From a virus, in IMG/VR virus record IMGVR_UViG_3300003321_000691, positions 32,001-96,000 of that record: DNA of 64,000 nucleotides. One strand, given 5' to 3'. Under the pieces are notes generated by a model. It saw only the letters and a list, made by a program, of their open reading frames with translations. It searched no databases and had not been told where the DNA came from. The translations under genes and the position numbers were made by a program. Shown here piece after piece: positions 29,932 to 38,767 of the stretch; the first letter of the stretch is position 1, and each line of letters opens with the position of its first letter.

Positions 29932-30333
29932 TTACAGGAGACGGCAGTGAGCGACGAAGCGCGTGCCAATGGGAAGGTTGGCGGCGGTGCCGTTCTTGGT
30001 GCAGACGACCTTGAGGACGTCGCCCTTGGCGCCGCTGATGGAAGTGCCTGGCGTACCCTGGCCGAATGCGAGGTCGGCGAGAGTGCCGACGCCCGACGGG
30101 GTCAGGTCCACGGTCGACAGGACTGTCGCACCGGCTTGGAGCGTGATGGTGTAGCGGTTCGACGCATCGGCCGTGTAGCCGCCCGGAAACTCGCACTCGA
30201 AGGAGTCGACGATGTAGTCGCGCTCCATCGTGCACAGAGCCAGCGACGTGGTCGCGGAGATCGCAGCCACTGCCGAGCAATCCGGGAGGACGCGTTCGGC
30301 GAGCGTGGTGTTTGTGCGGCGTGGGGTAGCCAT
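29932..30333 (-). CDS. minor head / structural protein
   Basis: within head operon. Confidence 0.55.
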   Translation of the reverse strand: MATPRRTNTTLAERVLPDCSAVAAISATTSLALCTMERDYIVDSFECEFPGGYTADASNRYTITLQAGATVLSTVDLTPSGVGTLADLAFGQGTPGTSISGAKGDVLKVVCTKNGTAANLPIGTRFVAHCRLL

Positions 30334-30352
30334 GGTGGATCAGCTCCTGGAG

Positions 30353-30883
30353 CTACTTGTTGCGGAAGTCGACTTCGAGGAGCGCGACCTGGCCAGCGGT
30401 CGCAACCGAGAGCCACTGGCCCATGTTGGTCGCGTCGATGCAGGTCGAACCACCGGCGTCCGTCGAACGCGCGGCGCCGAGCGTGCCACCCGCGTAGCGG
30501 ATGAATAGGCGGTCACCGACGTTGCAGCCGTCTTCGCAGGTCACATAGATGCGACCGGCGCGGAGGCAGCTGAATGGGATGCCGACGACGAGGCCCGTCG
30601 AGTCCAACTCGCCAACGGTCGTACCGTCCGGGAGGGTGAACGTACGCTCGTAGTTGTGGCGGTGGATGATGACGCCCGCGATCTTGGCGGTCGACGCTGC
30701 TGGGAGGATCGAGTCCTCCGCCGACGCAGGGCTCGACGTCTTGAACGCTACGATGGCGCCGAACGGCATCGACGCCGAGGCTTCCGAGTTACGCAGCGTG
30801 AAGCTGCTCATCGGGTTGGCGTCGGCGAGCATGCCTGCGAAGGCAACTGCCGGGGCGACAGGGACTGAGGTCTGGACGGCCAT
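30353..30883 (-). CDS. capsid decoration protein
   Basis: Q....A.AG..AD, G.I.V.CE; upstream of MCP. Confidence 0.7.
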   Translation of the reverse strand: MAVQTSVPVAPAVAFAGMLADANPMSSFTLRNSEASASMPFGAIVAFKTSSPASAEDSILPAASTAKIAGVIIHRHNYERTFTLPDGTTVGELDSTGLVVGIPFSCLRAGRIYVTCEDGCNVGDRLFIRYAGGTLGAARSTDAGGSTCIDATNMGQWLSVATAGQVALLEVDFRNK

Positions 30884-30885
30884 GA

Positions 30886-33078
30886 CTACGCGATCTCCTT
30901 GCGGTGCTTCGGGGCCCAGGTGTTCCAGGCTCCGGCGCTCTGCGAACGAGCGCGATTGAGTGCGGCTGCCTCGTCGAGGTCGTCCGCATCGGTCTTCTGC
31001 TGGTCGACGGCGGTCACGGCCGTCTTGCGGGCTTCGGCGAGCGCCTCGGCGCCGGCCGCGGTCTCGACCGCATCCTGACGGGCGCGCTTGAGGGCGCCAT
31101 CGAACAGGGCATCGACGTACGCCTCCGGCTTGTCGGCCGGGACGTCTTCCTTGTCGACATGCTTGACGACGGCGCGCTTGATCTCGATGGTCGACATTGA
31201 GGTGTCGACCTTGGCGCCGGTCTTCAGAGCCTTGGTGATGAGGTCGACGCGAGCAGCGACGGCCTTGTTCTGGGCGTCGGCCGCATCGTTGCGTGCCTTC
31301 TTGGCCTCGGCCTTGGCGGCTTCGAGGTCCTTCTTGAGGCTGGCGATTTCGCCTTCGGCCTTGGCCAGGGCGGTCTCGGCCTTGTCGGCGCGGGCCCTCT
31401 CGGCCTTGATCTTTTCGCTCTTGAGCATGTTGGTGTCCTGGTGGTCGAGGGTCTGGCGGTGCGCCTTCTCGAATCCCTCGCTGGAGATGCCGAAGTGCTT
31501 GGCGCGCTTGGTGATCCGGTTGAAAGCGGCGTGCTTCTCTTCCGGGTCCTTGAAGTCGAACTGGGCGAACCGCGACATCGCGGCGCGGGTGTGGTCGGGG
31601 TCGTGGATGGGCAGGCCCTCGCGGTCGGGCACCGCGAAGCTGGTCGTCGCCATCTTGTGGCGAGCCTCGGCGGTCAACTTCCCGGCGTCATCGTACGAAG
31701 CCGTGTAGGCGTCGTCGTGCTCTTGCTCGTCGTCATCCTGGTCGTCGTCATCCGAGTCATCGTCGGAGTCGTCGTCCTGGTCGTCGTCCTGGTCGTCGTC
31801 ATCCGAGTCATCGTCGGAGTCAGCCTGGGGCTGGCCGTCCATCTGCTCGCCGTGACCGCCAAGGCCGTCTTCGTTCTCGTCGGAGGCAGTCACGTCGTCT
31901 TCGTCGTCGACGTCCGCACTGGAGTCCTGGACCTCTTCCGACTCGGCACCGGCTGGCTTCTTCGCCTTCTTGCCAGGCTTGGCGTCATTCTCGCCACGTG
32001 CGTTGCGACTCGCCTCGTCCTTGTCGTCCGGGTCCTTGTCCGCCGGCTTGCCAGCCTGCGTCTTCGGTTCCTCGTCCGCATCGGTGCGGTCTAGGGCGTC
32101 AGCCATGTTTTGGATAATGGCATGGTTCTTGCATGCGTCAAGCAAGTCCTCGATGCTCGAATAGCCTAGGATGGCCGCGTCCTTCTTGGTGACGTACTTG
32201 GCTAGCTCGGCGTTTCGCTTCAGGTCGGCGAACTTCTGCGCAGCCTGCTTGTGCTCGTACTCCGAGCGCAGGTTCTGGAACTGGACGTTGGGCTTGGCTT
32301 CGCGTTTCGCCGCCTTGTCGTGCTCGGCGGCCTGCGCCTCGTGCTCTTTGGCGCCCTTCTTGTCGCCAGCAGCCTTCGCTGCGGCAGCAGCGGCACGGTG
32401 GAGCGCGGCGGCTTTGTCGTGGCCTTTGCCTGAGCTGTGGGCTTGGATGCTGGCGCGGTTCGCGTCCTCTCCGGCCCGACCGGCGGCGGCCCTACGAGCC
32501 TCAGCAGACGCCTCCCGCGCCGCGTCACTCCACTCGTCCATGACGACGGAGGCGGCGTCCAGGCGGATGCGGGCGCTGTTGCCGGCGCGAGCGGTGTCGA
32601 CGATCGCGATGTGGTTGCCGCGAATGTTTCGCTGGATCGCGTCGTAGTGCCCGTACGTCGGATGCACGCCCGGCACTTCTTCGAGGTCACACGTGTAGCC
32701 GGCGCTGACCTGGTTCTTGTTCGGCAGTTTGCCGACGACGTCGCCGTCGTAGATCGCCAGGTCCCCGCGAACGTGGTCGTCGTCGCGGATGGGGGTGCCC
32801 ATCAGGGCCCCGACCGCGTACTTCCGGGCGTTGTGCGCGTCGAGCATCTCCGGCGGGTGGTCGTCGGTGACTGGCACGCCGTTGAATGAGGACAGTGCCG
32901 CGGTGTCGAACACATCCTCGGGGAGGCGTAGTTCGCGACGGACAGAACCGTCAGGATTCAGGTAGTTGAATACACCACACCGCGTGATGTGGGCCTGGAC
33001 GCGGAGGGTGCCGTCCTCCCGGCGTGTGGCGGGGCGCAGCTCTCCGAGGTCGAGACGTCGGGCGACGCGAAGCATCAC
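30886..33078 (-). CDS. DUF2213-like prohead protease/scaffold polyprotein
   Basis: R.GVF.Y, R.PEDVF, PVTDDHP, VSAGY, NHIAIVD.ARAG..ARIRLD; acidic linker and coiled-coil scaffold tail. Confidence 0.85.
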   Translation of the reverse strand: MMLRVARRLDLGELRPATRREDGTLRVQAHITRCGVFNYLNPDGSVRRELRLPEDVFDTAALSSFNGVPVTDDHPPEMLDAHNARKYAVGALMGTPIRDDDHVRGDLAIYDGDVVGKLPNKNQVSAGYTCDLEEVPGVHPTYGHYDAIQRNIRGNHIAIVDTARAGNSARIRLDAASVVMDEWSDAAREASAEARRAAAGRAGEDANRASIQAHSSGKGHDKAAALHRAAAAAAKAAGDKKGAKEHEAQAAEHDKAAKREAKPNVQFQNLRSEYEHKQAAQKFADLKRNAELAKYVTKKDAAILGYSSIEDLLDACKNHAIIQNMADALDRTDADEEPKTQAGKPADKDPDDKDEASRNARGENDAKPGKKAKKPAGAESEEVQDSSADVDDEDDVTASDENEDGLGGHGEQMDGQPQADSDDDSDDDDQDDDQDDDSDDDSDDDDQDDDEQEHDDAYTASYDDAGKLTAEARHKMATTSFAVPDREGLPIHDPDHTRAAMSRFAQFDFKDPEEKHAAFNRITKRAKHFGISSEGFEKAHRQTLDHQDTNMLKSEKIKAERARADKAETALAKAEGEIASLKKDLEAAKAEAKKARNDAADAQNKAVAARVDLITKALKTGAKVDTSMSTIEIKRAVVKHVDKEDVPADKPEAYVDALFDGALKRARQDAVETAAGAEALAEARKTAVTAVDQQKTDADDLDEAAALNRARSQSAGAWNTWAPKHRKEIA
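31736..31821. repeat. 35-bp direct repeat encoding a poly-Asp linker
   Basis: 31736-31770 identical to 31787-31821. Confidence 0.7.
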
Positions 33079-33086
33079 CCAAAACT

Positions 33087-33101
33087 TGGCACGGATCTTG
33101 C
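33087..33101 (+). promoter_or_regulatory. sigma54-consensus box, antisense to late genes
   Basis: TGGCACG-GATC-TTGC; similar boxes at 32118, 25591, 18906, 15771. Confidence 0.55.
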
Positions 33102-33289
33102 GTGCGGTCTAGTACCGCGGGTTCACAGGTGATACGGGCAGCCGATGCGGAGGCACTTTTGGCAGGCGACCAGCGGCACGACACGAGCTGACGGGTAGTC
33201 TCGGCGCGCTCGGCGACGTAGCCGCCCGTCCTCGAAGGCTGGACCGGTGTACGCGGTGACCAGGCCGACTAGTAGCGCCAGGGTGAGCA

Positions 33290-33556
33290 TCAATCCCGGT
33301 CCTCCAGCCACCCAGCGATCACGTAGGTCCCAAGGGCGTAGCCAAAAGACTCGGGCACGAGGAACCATGGCGAGACCTTGAGAAACGCCCAGGCCATCGC
33401 CGCGCTCACATAACAGATGAGAAACGCGCATTTGGCTGCACGCCAGCGCCCGCGACGTCCGCGCGCCGCCGCGTGTGTGTAGGCAGCGATCAGCGCGTCG
33501 TAGACCGCCGCCAGGATGAACACTCCGATACCCCACAGCAGATCGATGGCGGTCAC
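33290..33556 (-). CDS. small membrane protein
   Basis: three hydrophobic segments; GGAGG/GTG start. Confidence 0.5.
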   Translation of the reverse strand: MTAIDLLWGIGVFILAAVYDALIAAYTHAAARGRRGRWRAAKCAFLICYVSAAMAWAFLKVSPWFLVPESFGYALGTYVIAGWLEDRD

Positions 33557-33750
33557 GACTTCCTCCGACGAACCGGCATGTGGACCAGTTCCTTGCAGCG
33601 CGGACAGGTCAGCGGCAGCGGGGCGACGCGCCAGCCGTCGCACGGCTTGTTGCAAACCGTCTTGCGGGCAGACTCCATCGAGGTGGCGTGTACCAGACGA
33701 CCACCACGCGGCGAGACAGGCATCCACTCCTTGACCTTCGGCGCAGGCAT
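33553..33750 (-). CDS. small Cys-rich protein
   Basis: H..C..C...TCPRC. Confidence 0.45.
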   Translation of the reverse strand: MPAPKVKEWMPVSPRGGRLVHATSMESARKTVCNKPCDGWRVAPLPLTCPRCKELVHMPVRRRKS

Positions 33751-33813
33751 TCAGAGAGGTTACGGCCGCGCAGGTCATGGGTCTATAAGCTGTAACTTTC
33801 CTAGTAGTTACAA

Positions 33814-35526
33814 CTATTCCTGGTCTTCGTCCTGGACGGTGTCATCCACTTGATCTTCATCGAGATCTGTGTCTCCGACGAGGTCGTCGGCCAGGTCTTC
33901 ATCGTTCCCGAGGAGGGTGGCGCCAATGTCCGTGTCCTCTTCGCCAGGATCGACCAGGGTGTCCTCATCGTCACCCTCGTCCTCGTCATCGTCGCCGAGG
34001 ATGTCGTCGAGCACGGGCTCGGCGTAGCAGCGGCACTGGTAATCCTCGCCGGGGAGGATGGGTTCGTCCGCGCCCTCCGGCTGGGGTGGGTCGTCGTAGG
34101 AGAAGATTTGCCCTTCCAGGTCGTAGTGACTAGGCAGGGCGTTAGGGTACTTGCCGTCGGGGTTACCACGGACCCGCTCGTCGCGGACGGTGCGCCACAC
34201 GAACCGGCGGATACCTAGCTTGCGCTGGCGGTGGTGATTGACGTCGGCGTAGAGCTTGCCGATCTGGTCGCGAGCGATAAGCCGGGCGTGGCGCTCGGCC
34301 ACCCCGAAGCGCTCCTCGATATCTTCGCGCAGCTCGTCGCTAGGGCGGCCGTTGCGTACGGCTTCGAGCACCAGCTCTTGGAGATCGTCGTGGAGGTCGG
34401 ACGGGATGCGCGAGATCAGCCCGACGTTCTCGCGGACGAAGTCGTCGATGCGCTCGACGGTGTCGATGTCGTCGATGCTGTCCGGGTCGATGCCGATGGC
34501 GTCGTGGAGCTGGTCATGGAGCTGCCGGCGCTGGAACGTATCGGTCTGCTCGGCGAACTGTTTGGCGACCGCGGCAATCTGCGGCTTGTTCGTCGCCTTG
34601 CGCAGGTCCGACGCGGCGCCGTCGATGAGCTTCTGGGCCTTGTGGGATTCTGGGGAGTCTGTGCGTTTTTGTGGTGGCGCAAGTGACACGATCTCGCTCG
34701 TGCCGTATTTGTCCACAGTCACAATCCCGTCGAAGCCTAGGTCTCGCAGGTGCTTCGTTAGAGCGGCGCCGGTTTTGCCGGTCGCTTCGTGTAGCCGTGC
34801 TTTCCAACCTTCCGGTCCGTATAGTGGTCCAGTCTTACCGGACAACGGGATCACCAGAGGAGACTTGAACTTGACGGTATCGACTTCCCAGCCCGGCGGC
34901 GGTGTGTCCTTACCGGGACCGTGAAGCATATATCGTCCATGGGGTTCGATATCCTGGCCGTACTGCCCGGTCTTCGGCGCCTTCTCGGTGTTGTGTAGAG
35001 CGCGAAATTTGACCGGGACACCGGTCTGGAACTTGACGCCGTTTTCCGTGATTTTCGCCAAACCGCCCGACAAGCGCTCGACGAACGCGCGTTTCTCGGA
35101 GCCACCAGCCCCTGTCCAGCGCCCGCTCTCGTCCCGTGGCTCGTCAGGATCGTAGTCGAAACGTTCCTTCCTTTTCTCGGCGAGCTTGGGTACCTCGCGC
35201 AGGACGTCTTTGTACGCCGCGCGGACCCAGCCCATGAGCATGCGCACGAGGCGCGCCGCGTACTGCTCCTCGATACGCAACGGTGGCAGCATCTGCCGAC
35301 CCTTGCGTGGTCGACGCGTACTCGCGTCGCAGTGGACAATCCTACCCGAGTGCAGACGGACGTCGAACGAGTCCTGATGCGGGTGGGCTTTGAACCACTC
35401 GATCTGGCCCAGACGCTTGGCGGCGGCACGCTTGGACTGGTAGCGGCGGGAGAGCCGCTTGCCTGTCTTCTCGCTGAATACCGCCCAGCCCAACCCCGAG
35501 CGACGGACTACGTCAGCGCGGTCCAC
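33814..35526 (-). CDS. MuF (SPP1 gp7-like) head protein with internal cargo domain
   Basis: ARLIARDQIGK, F.WRTVRDERVR, H..LEG.IF.YD.PP, PGEDYQCRC.AEP; GTG start 35526. Confidence 0.85.
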   Translation of the reverse strand: MDRADVVRRSGLGWAVFSEKTGKRLSRRYQSKRAAAKRLGQIEWFKAHPHQDSFDVRLHSGRIVHCDASTRRPRKGRQMLPPLRIEEQYAARLVRMLMGWVRAAYKDVLREVPKLAEKRKERFDYDPDEPRDESGRWTGAGGSEKRAFVERLSGGLAKITENGVKFQTGVPVKFRALHNTEKAPKTGQYGQDIEPHGRYMLHGPGKDTPPPGWEVDTVKFKSPLVIPLSGKTGPLYGPEGWKARLHEATGKTGAALTKHLRDLGFDGIVTVDKYGTSEIVSLAPPQKRTDSPESHKAQKLIDGAASDLRKATNKPQIAAVAKQFAEQTDTFQRRQLHDQLHDAIGIDPDSIDDIDTVERIDDFVRENVGLISRIPSDLHDDLQELVLEAVRNGRPSDELREDIEERFGVAERHARLIARDQIGKLYADVNHHRQRKLGIRRFVWRTVRDERVRGNPDGKYPNALPSHYDLEGQIFSYDDPPQPEGADEPILPGEDYQCRCYAEPVLDDILGDDDEDEGDDEDTLVDPGEEDTDIGATLLGNDEDLADDLVGDTDLDEDQVDDTVQDEDQE

Positions 35527-35527
35527 A

Positions 35528-36100
35528 TCATTCGTCGTCGCGGTCCGAGTGCATCGGTCCCGGGACAGGCGGCGCGGCCTTCGGCTTCTTCTTGCGGGTC
35601 TTCGCCGGCACGACCTCACCCGGCGCGTCGTGGCTTAGACCCGGCGGCGCCTTGGTTGGGTTCGTGGAGGCGTGCTTGCGAGCGGACTTGATCTTCTTGG
35701 CGACCTTGCCGGGCACGAGTGGACGCCCGTACAGGTCCGGGCCCGTAGCACCGGCCTCGACCGCGTCGCCGTTAAGGACGTTGGGCTGAGGCGGCGTGTT
35801 CGGGTCGGGCGCGGCGGCCTTCTTGGGGTCGTACGCGTCCTGCCGGCTCTTGCCGACGGTTGTGTCCACGACGTCCATGCGGGACGAGTTGGCGTACTCC
35901 GCGACGATCGCGTCGAGGAAATCCTGCCCATCGTCGATGTGCTTCACGCCCTTGCCAGGCAAGTAGAACCCGTCTCGCTCCGCGATCTGGCGGAAGCTGT
36001 CGGAGTGATAGATGGCGTGAATGCCACCTTGCGGGGTCAGGTCGAACTCGGCTAGGACGGTCTCGGTGTCCCAGTTGATAGCTTTGACAATTAGACTCAC
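35528..36100 (-). CDS. hypothetical; candidate kinase antidote plus disordered tail
   Basis: coupled to kinase stop; ~80-aa globular domain, then RMD/RQD and P/K-rich tail. Confidence 0.55.
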   Translation of the reverse strand: MSLIVKAINWDTETVLAEFDLTPQGGIHAIYHSDSFRQIAERDGFYLPGKGVKHIDDGQDFLDAIVAEYANSSRMDVVDTTVGKSRQDAYDPKKAAAPDPNTPPQPNVLNGDAVEAGATGPDLYGRPLVPGKVAKKIKSARKHASTNPTKAPPGLSHDAPGEVVPAKTRKKKPKAAPPVPGPMHSDRDDE

Positions 36101-38181
36101 GGGATGCCCTCCATCGCTTTGTTGGCGCGTGCACGGACTTCGGGCGAGTAGGTCACCTTACGCAAGTGGTTCCAGCCCAGGCCGTAGCTGTAGTCATGCT
36201 TAGCATTCTCGATTGCGAGGATGCTGTGGTCCGCTTTGAGATGCTCTGCACGCAGCGCGACATGCTCGATGGCCTCACGCTCGATGCCGGCGGCGTGTAG
36301 CTCGCGAGCGAGATGGGCCGTGTTGATGGACTGGATCTGGTCGTGGGTCGATGGCAGCAGCCCATGGTCGTGCGGAACGTTATCGTATGGGTAGATGAAA
36401 CGCTCCGGCTCACCCTTCGGGAGCGAGAGGCCGTTGTCGATCATGGCCGGCATTTTCCGGCCGTCCGAGGTCGTGGTCACGACCACGTTACCTTTGTGGC
36501 GGTCGCTGCCGCCCATGATGTAGTCGGCTACGCGCATGCGTTCGGCGCCATCTCGGTCAAACGTAGTCGAGCGCGCGTCGGCGAGGACATCGCCGTCCGC
36601 CCACGCGTGGAGGCTGCCCTTCTGGACCTGGCTTCCGCTCGTGTTCGGGAACTCTTTGACCACGCAAGCTGGCACGAGGTCCTGAGCCCCGAGTAGCGGA
36701 GCCACACGTGACACCGCCGCCTCGCGGAGGTAGTAGGTGCCCGGATCGATGTTGCCGCGGGCGAAGCGCTCGCCATCTGCCGGCTTCCAATTGGCTCGGG
36801 TGCCGTCGTCGAGCTTGAACTTCTCCTTACCTTCCATCATGCCTCCGTCGCCATTCGGCTTGCGCTCGGCGATGCTGCGGAACTCCAGCTCCGCGCGAGA
36901 GCCTGGAGAGCTGTCGCGGGCGAGCCCCGACGGCCGTAGTGCGTCACGCTCGGCGTTAGCCTTGTCACGAGCAGCCTCGGCGGCGCGGCGCTCGGCGCGG
37001 GCCTCACGCATCTCGCGATGCAGGTCGCCCGCAGCAACGCTGGCGAGGCTGTGGCTTTGCTGGCCGGCCTTGGCCCACGCTTCGTTGGCAACCTGCTCGC
37101 GGGCGAGCGCGACCCCGGCGGCAACCTGGGCCTCGTTGGCAGCCTTCTGCGCCGCGGCGAACTTCTCGGCCTTCTCCTTGCGGACGGCCTCGGCCTTGAT
37201 CGCCGCTTCCATGCGGGCGACCTCGGCCTCCTTCTCCTTGGCGACCTGCTCGCGGACACGCTCGCGGACGGCGCTCTCGCGCTCGGCGTTCTCACCTAGC
37301 TTGGCGTTGTTGCGGACGGCACGTTCCTCGCGATCACGGATCTCCTTGGCTCCGGCGGTCAGTTCGTGGTCCGGGAAGTTCTGCTGGCCTGGGAGCGTGC
37401 GTGCGGCGGAAGGCTCTTGGCCCTCCTTGGCGGCCCGAGCGTTTTCCTCCTCCAGGATCTTTCCACCCCGCACCTTCATTGCGTACGGGTCCATGCCGGA
37501 CGCTGCCTCGTACTCTTTGCCCCACAGCCCGCGCTTGTAGTCGCGACCTGGCTGCTTGAACGCCTCACGCGCCTTGTCGGCCTCGCGCTGGGCGTTGTAG
37601 TCGTTGCCGAAGCCGGCCGCGACCTTCTCTTTGGCAGCGCGCTCGGCCTCGCGTTGGGCGTAGCGAGCCTCGCGGGCCTCGCGCTCGGCCTTCTCCTTCT
37701 CCGCACGCTTCTTGGCGAAGGCCTCGGCGCGCTTGCGTCCGGCAGCGGCGTCCTTCTCCTTCTTCTCCTTGTTGAAGGCCGTCGTACCGATCTCGGCCTT
37801 GCGCTTCGCGACGTTCGCCGCGCGTGCGTTCTTACGCTTCTCGATCGCGGCAGCCTTGCGTTCGGCCGTGTTCGGCGCCGCCTTGGCTCCGCCGGCCTCC
37901 GCAAAACGCCCCGCTTCGTCGCGTGGGTGCTGGGACTCGTCGAAGTCGTCCTGCCGGTGCCCTTGCTGCGGTGCGTCGGGCGCAGCATACACGTAGGCCG
38001 GGTCGCCCGTCTCGGCGCAGTGGTCACGGCGAGCACGCTCGGCATCGTCCGCGTTGTCCCAGTGCGACACGAGATAGAGCCCCTCACCGGGCGGCTCTTG
38101 GCGGTCAACGGCAACGACATTGAAGCCGCGCTCGGGCGTCAGCGCCTTGATCTGTGCGAACGCGGCGTCAATCCAGCTCAT
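36097..38181 (-). CDS. tagged coiled-coil protein with C-terminal PI3/4K/HipA-like kinase domain
   Basis: WKP..GE, REAAVS, LVP, GSL, DYIMGGSDRHKGN, IDNGLS. Confidence 0.8.
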   Translation of the reverse strand: MSWIDAAFAQIKALTPERGFNVVAVDRQEPPGEGLYLVSHWDNADDAERARRDHCAETGDPAYVYAAPDAPQQGHRQDDFDESQHPRDEAGRFAEAGGAKAAPNTAERKAAAIEKRKNARAANVAKRKAEIGTTAFNKEKKEKDAAAGRKRAEAFAKKRAEKEKAEREAREARYAQREAERAAKEKVAAGFGNDYNAQREADKAREAFKQPGRDYKRGLWGKEYEAASGMDPYAMKVRGGKILEEENARAAKEGQEPSAARTLPGQQNFPDHELTAGAKEIRDREERAVRNNAKLGENAERESAVRERVREQVAKEKEAEVARMEAAIKAEAVRKEKAEKFAAAQKAANEAQVAAGVALAREQVANEAWAKAGQQSHSLASVAAGDLHREMREARAERRAAEAARDKANAERDALRPSGLARDSSPGSRAELEFRSIAERKPNGDGGMMEGKEKFKLDDGTRANWKPADGERFARGNIDPGTYYLREAAVSRVAPLLGAQDLVPACVVKEFPNTSGSQVQKGSLHAWADGDVLADARSTTFDRDGAERMRVADYIMGGSDRHKGNVVVTTTSDGRKMPAMIDNGLSLPKGEPERFIYPYDNVPHDHGLLPSTHDQIQSINTAHLARELHAAGIEREAIEHVALRAEHLKADHSILAIENAKHDYSYGLGWNHLRKVTYSPEVRARANKAMEGIP

Positions 38182-38720
38182 GAGGCAGACTCCAACAACT
38201 TGTCGAGATGGCCGATCATGGCCGGAACAGCAATCGTCGCGACGTAGGAGGTGTCACCGTCGGGAGCGTGGTAGTTGTAGAGCCCGAGGCCGTGCTTGAA
38301 GCCGTCGTGCTCCTTCCGGTACATCTCGACCGCGGCGCCCCCGTTCGAGACGTTCGCGATACGGTCGGCGAGCTTGAGCGCGGTGGCCCTGGGTCCCGCA
38401 GCCCGGATCTTGGGATAGGTCAGCGCGGCTCGGGTCTTCCGGTTCGGGCCGGGTTCGTTGGTGACGGCCGAAACGAGCGCCCCGACCTCCTCCCCGAAAG
38501 CCTCCTCGACGTCCCGCACAGTCGCGTCGGTGTCTTCTGGCGCGTCGTGGAGCCAGGCGGCCGTCCGCAGCGCCAGGTCATCCCCACAGAAACGCACAAT
38601 CACTTCCTCGACCTTCGCGAGGTGGTGGGTGTACGGCAGGGGGCCGTAGAGTTGGCCCTTCCGGTGCACGTGGTGGTACGTGGCGAAGGACTTAGCGGCG
38701 TGGAGGGGGTCGATTTTCAT
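38178..38720 (-). CDS. Mesh1/SpoT-like HD hydrolase (small alarmone hydrolase)
   Basis: PY..HL..V, AAWLHDAPEDT, FG.EV..LV.AVT, KLADRIAN. Confidence 0.9.
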   Translation of the reverse strand: MKIDPLHAAKSFATYHHVHRKGQLYGPLPYTHHLAKVEEVIVRFCGDDLALRTAAWLHDAPEDTDATVRDVEEAFGEEVGALVSAVTNEPGPNRKTRAALTYPKIRAAGPRATALKLADRIANVSNGGAAVEMYRKEHDGFKHGLGLYNYHAPDGDTSYVATIAVPAMIGHLDKLLESAS

Positions 38721-38739
38721 GGCTTCAGCTCACATATCC

Positions 38740-38767
38740 AATGTAAGCACGGATCTAGTTGACGCAA
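38740..38767 (-). promoter_or_regulatory. promoter candidate for the HD hydrolase
   Basis: TTGCGT-16 bp-TACATT preceded by TGCT, like the early promoters. Confidence 0.45.

Noticed and set aside
31700-31830. CRISPR-like or mobile repeat
   Set aside because: A coding poly-Asp duplication with no unique spacers.
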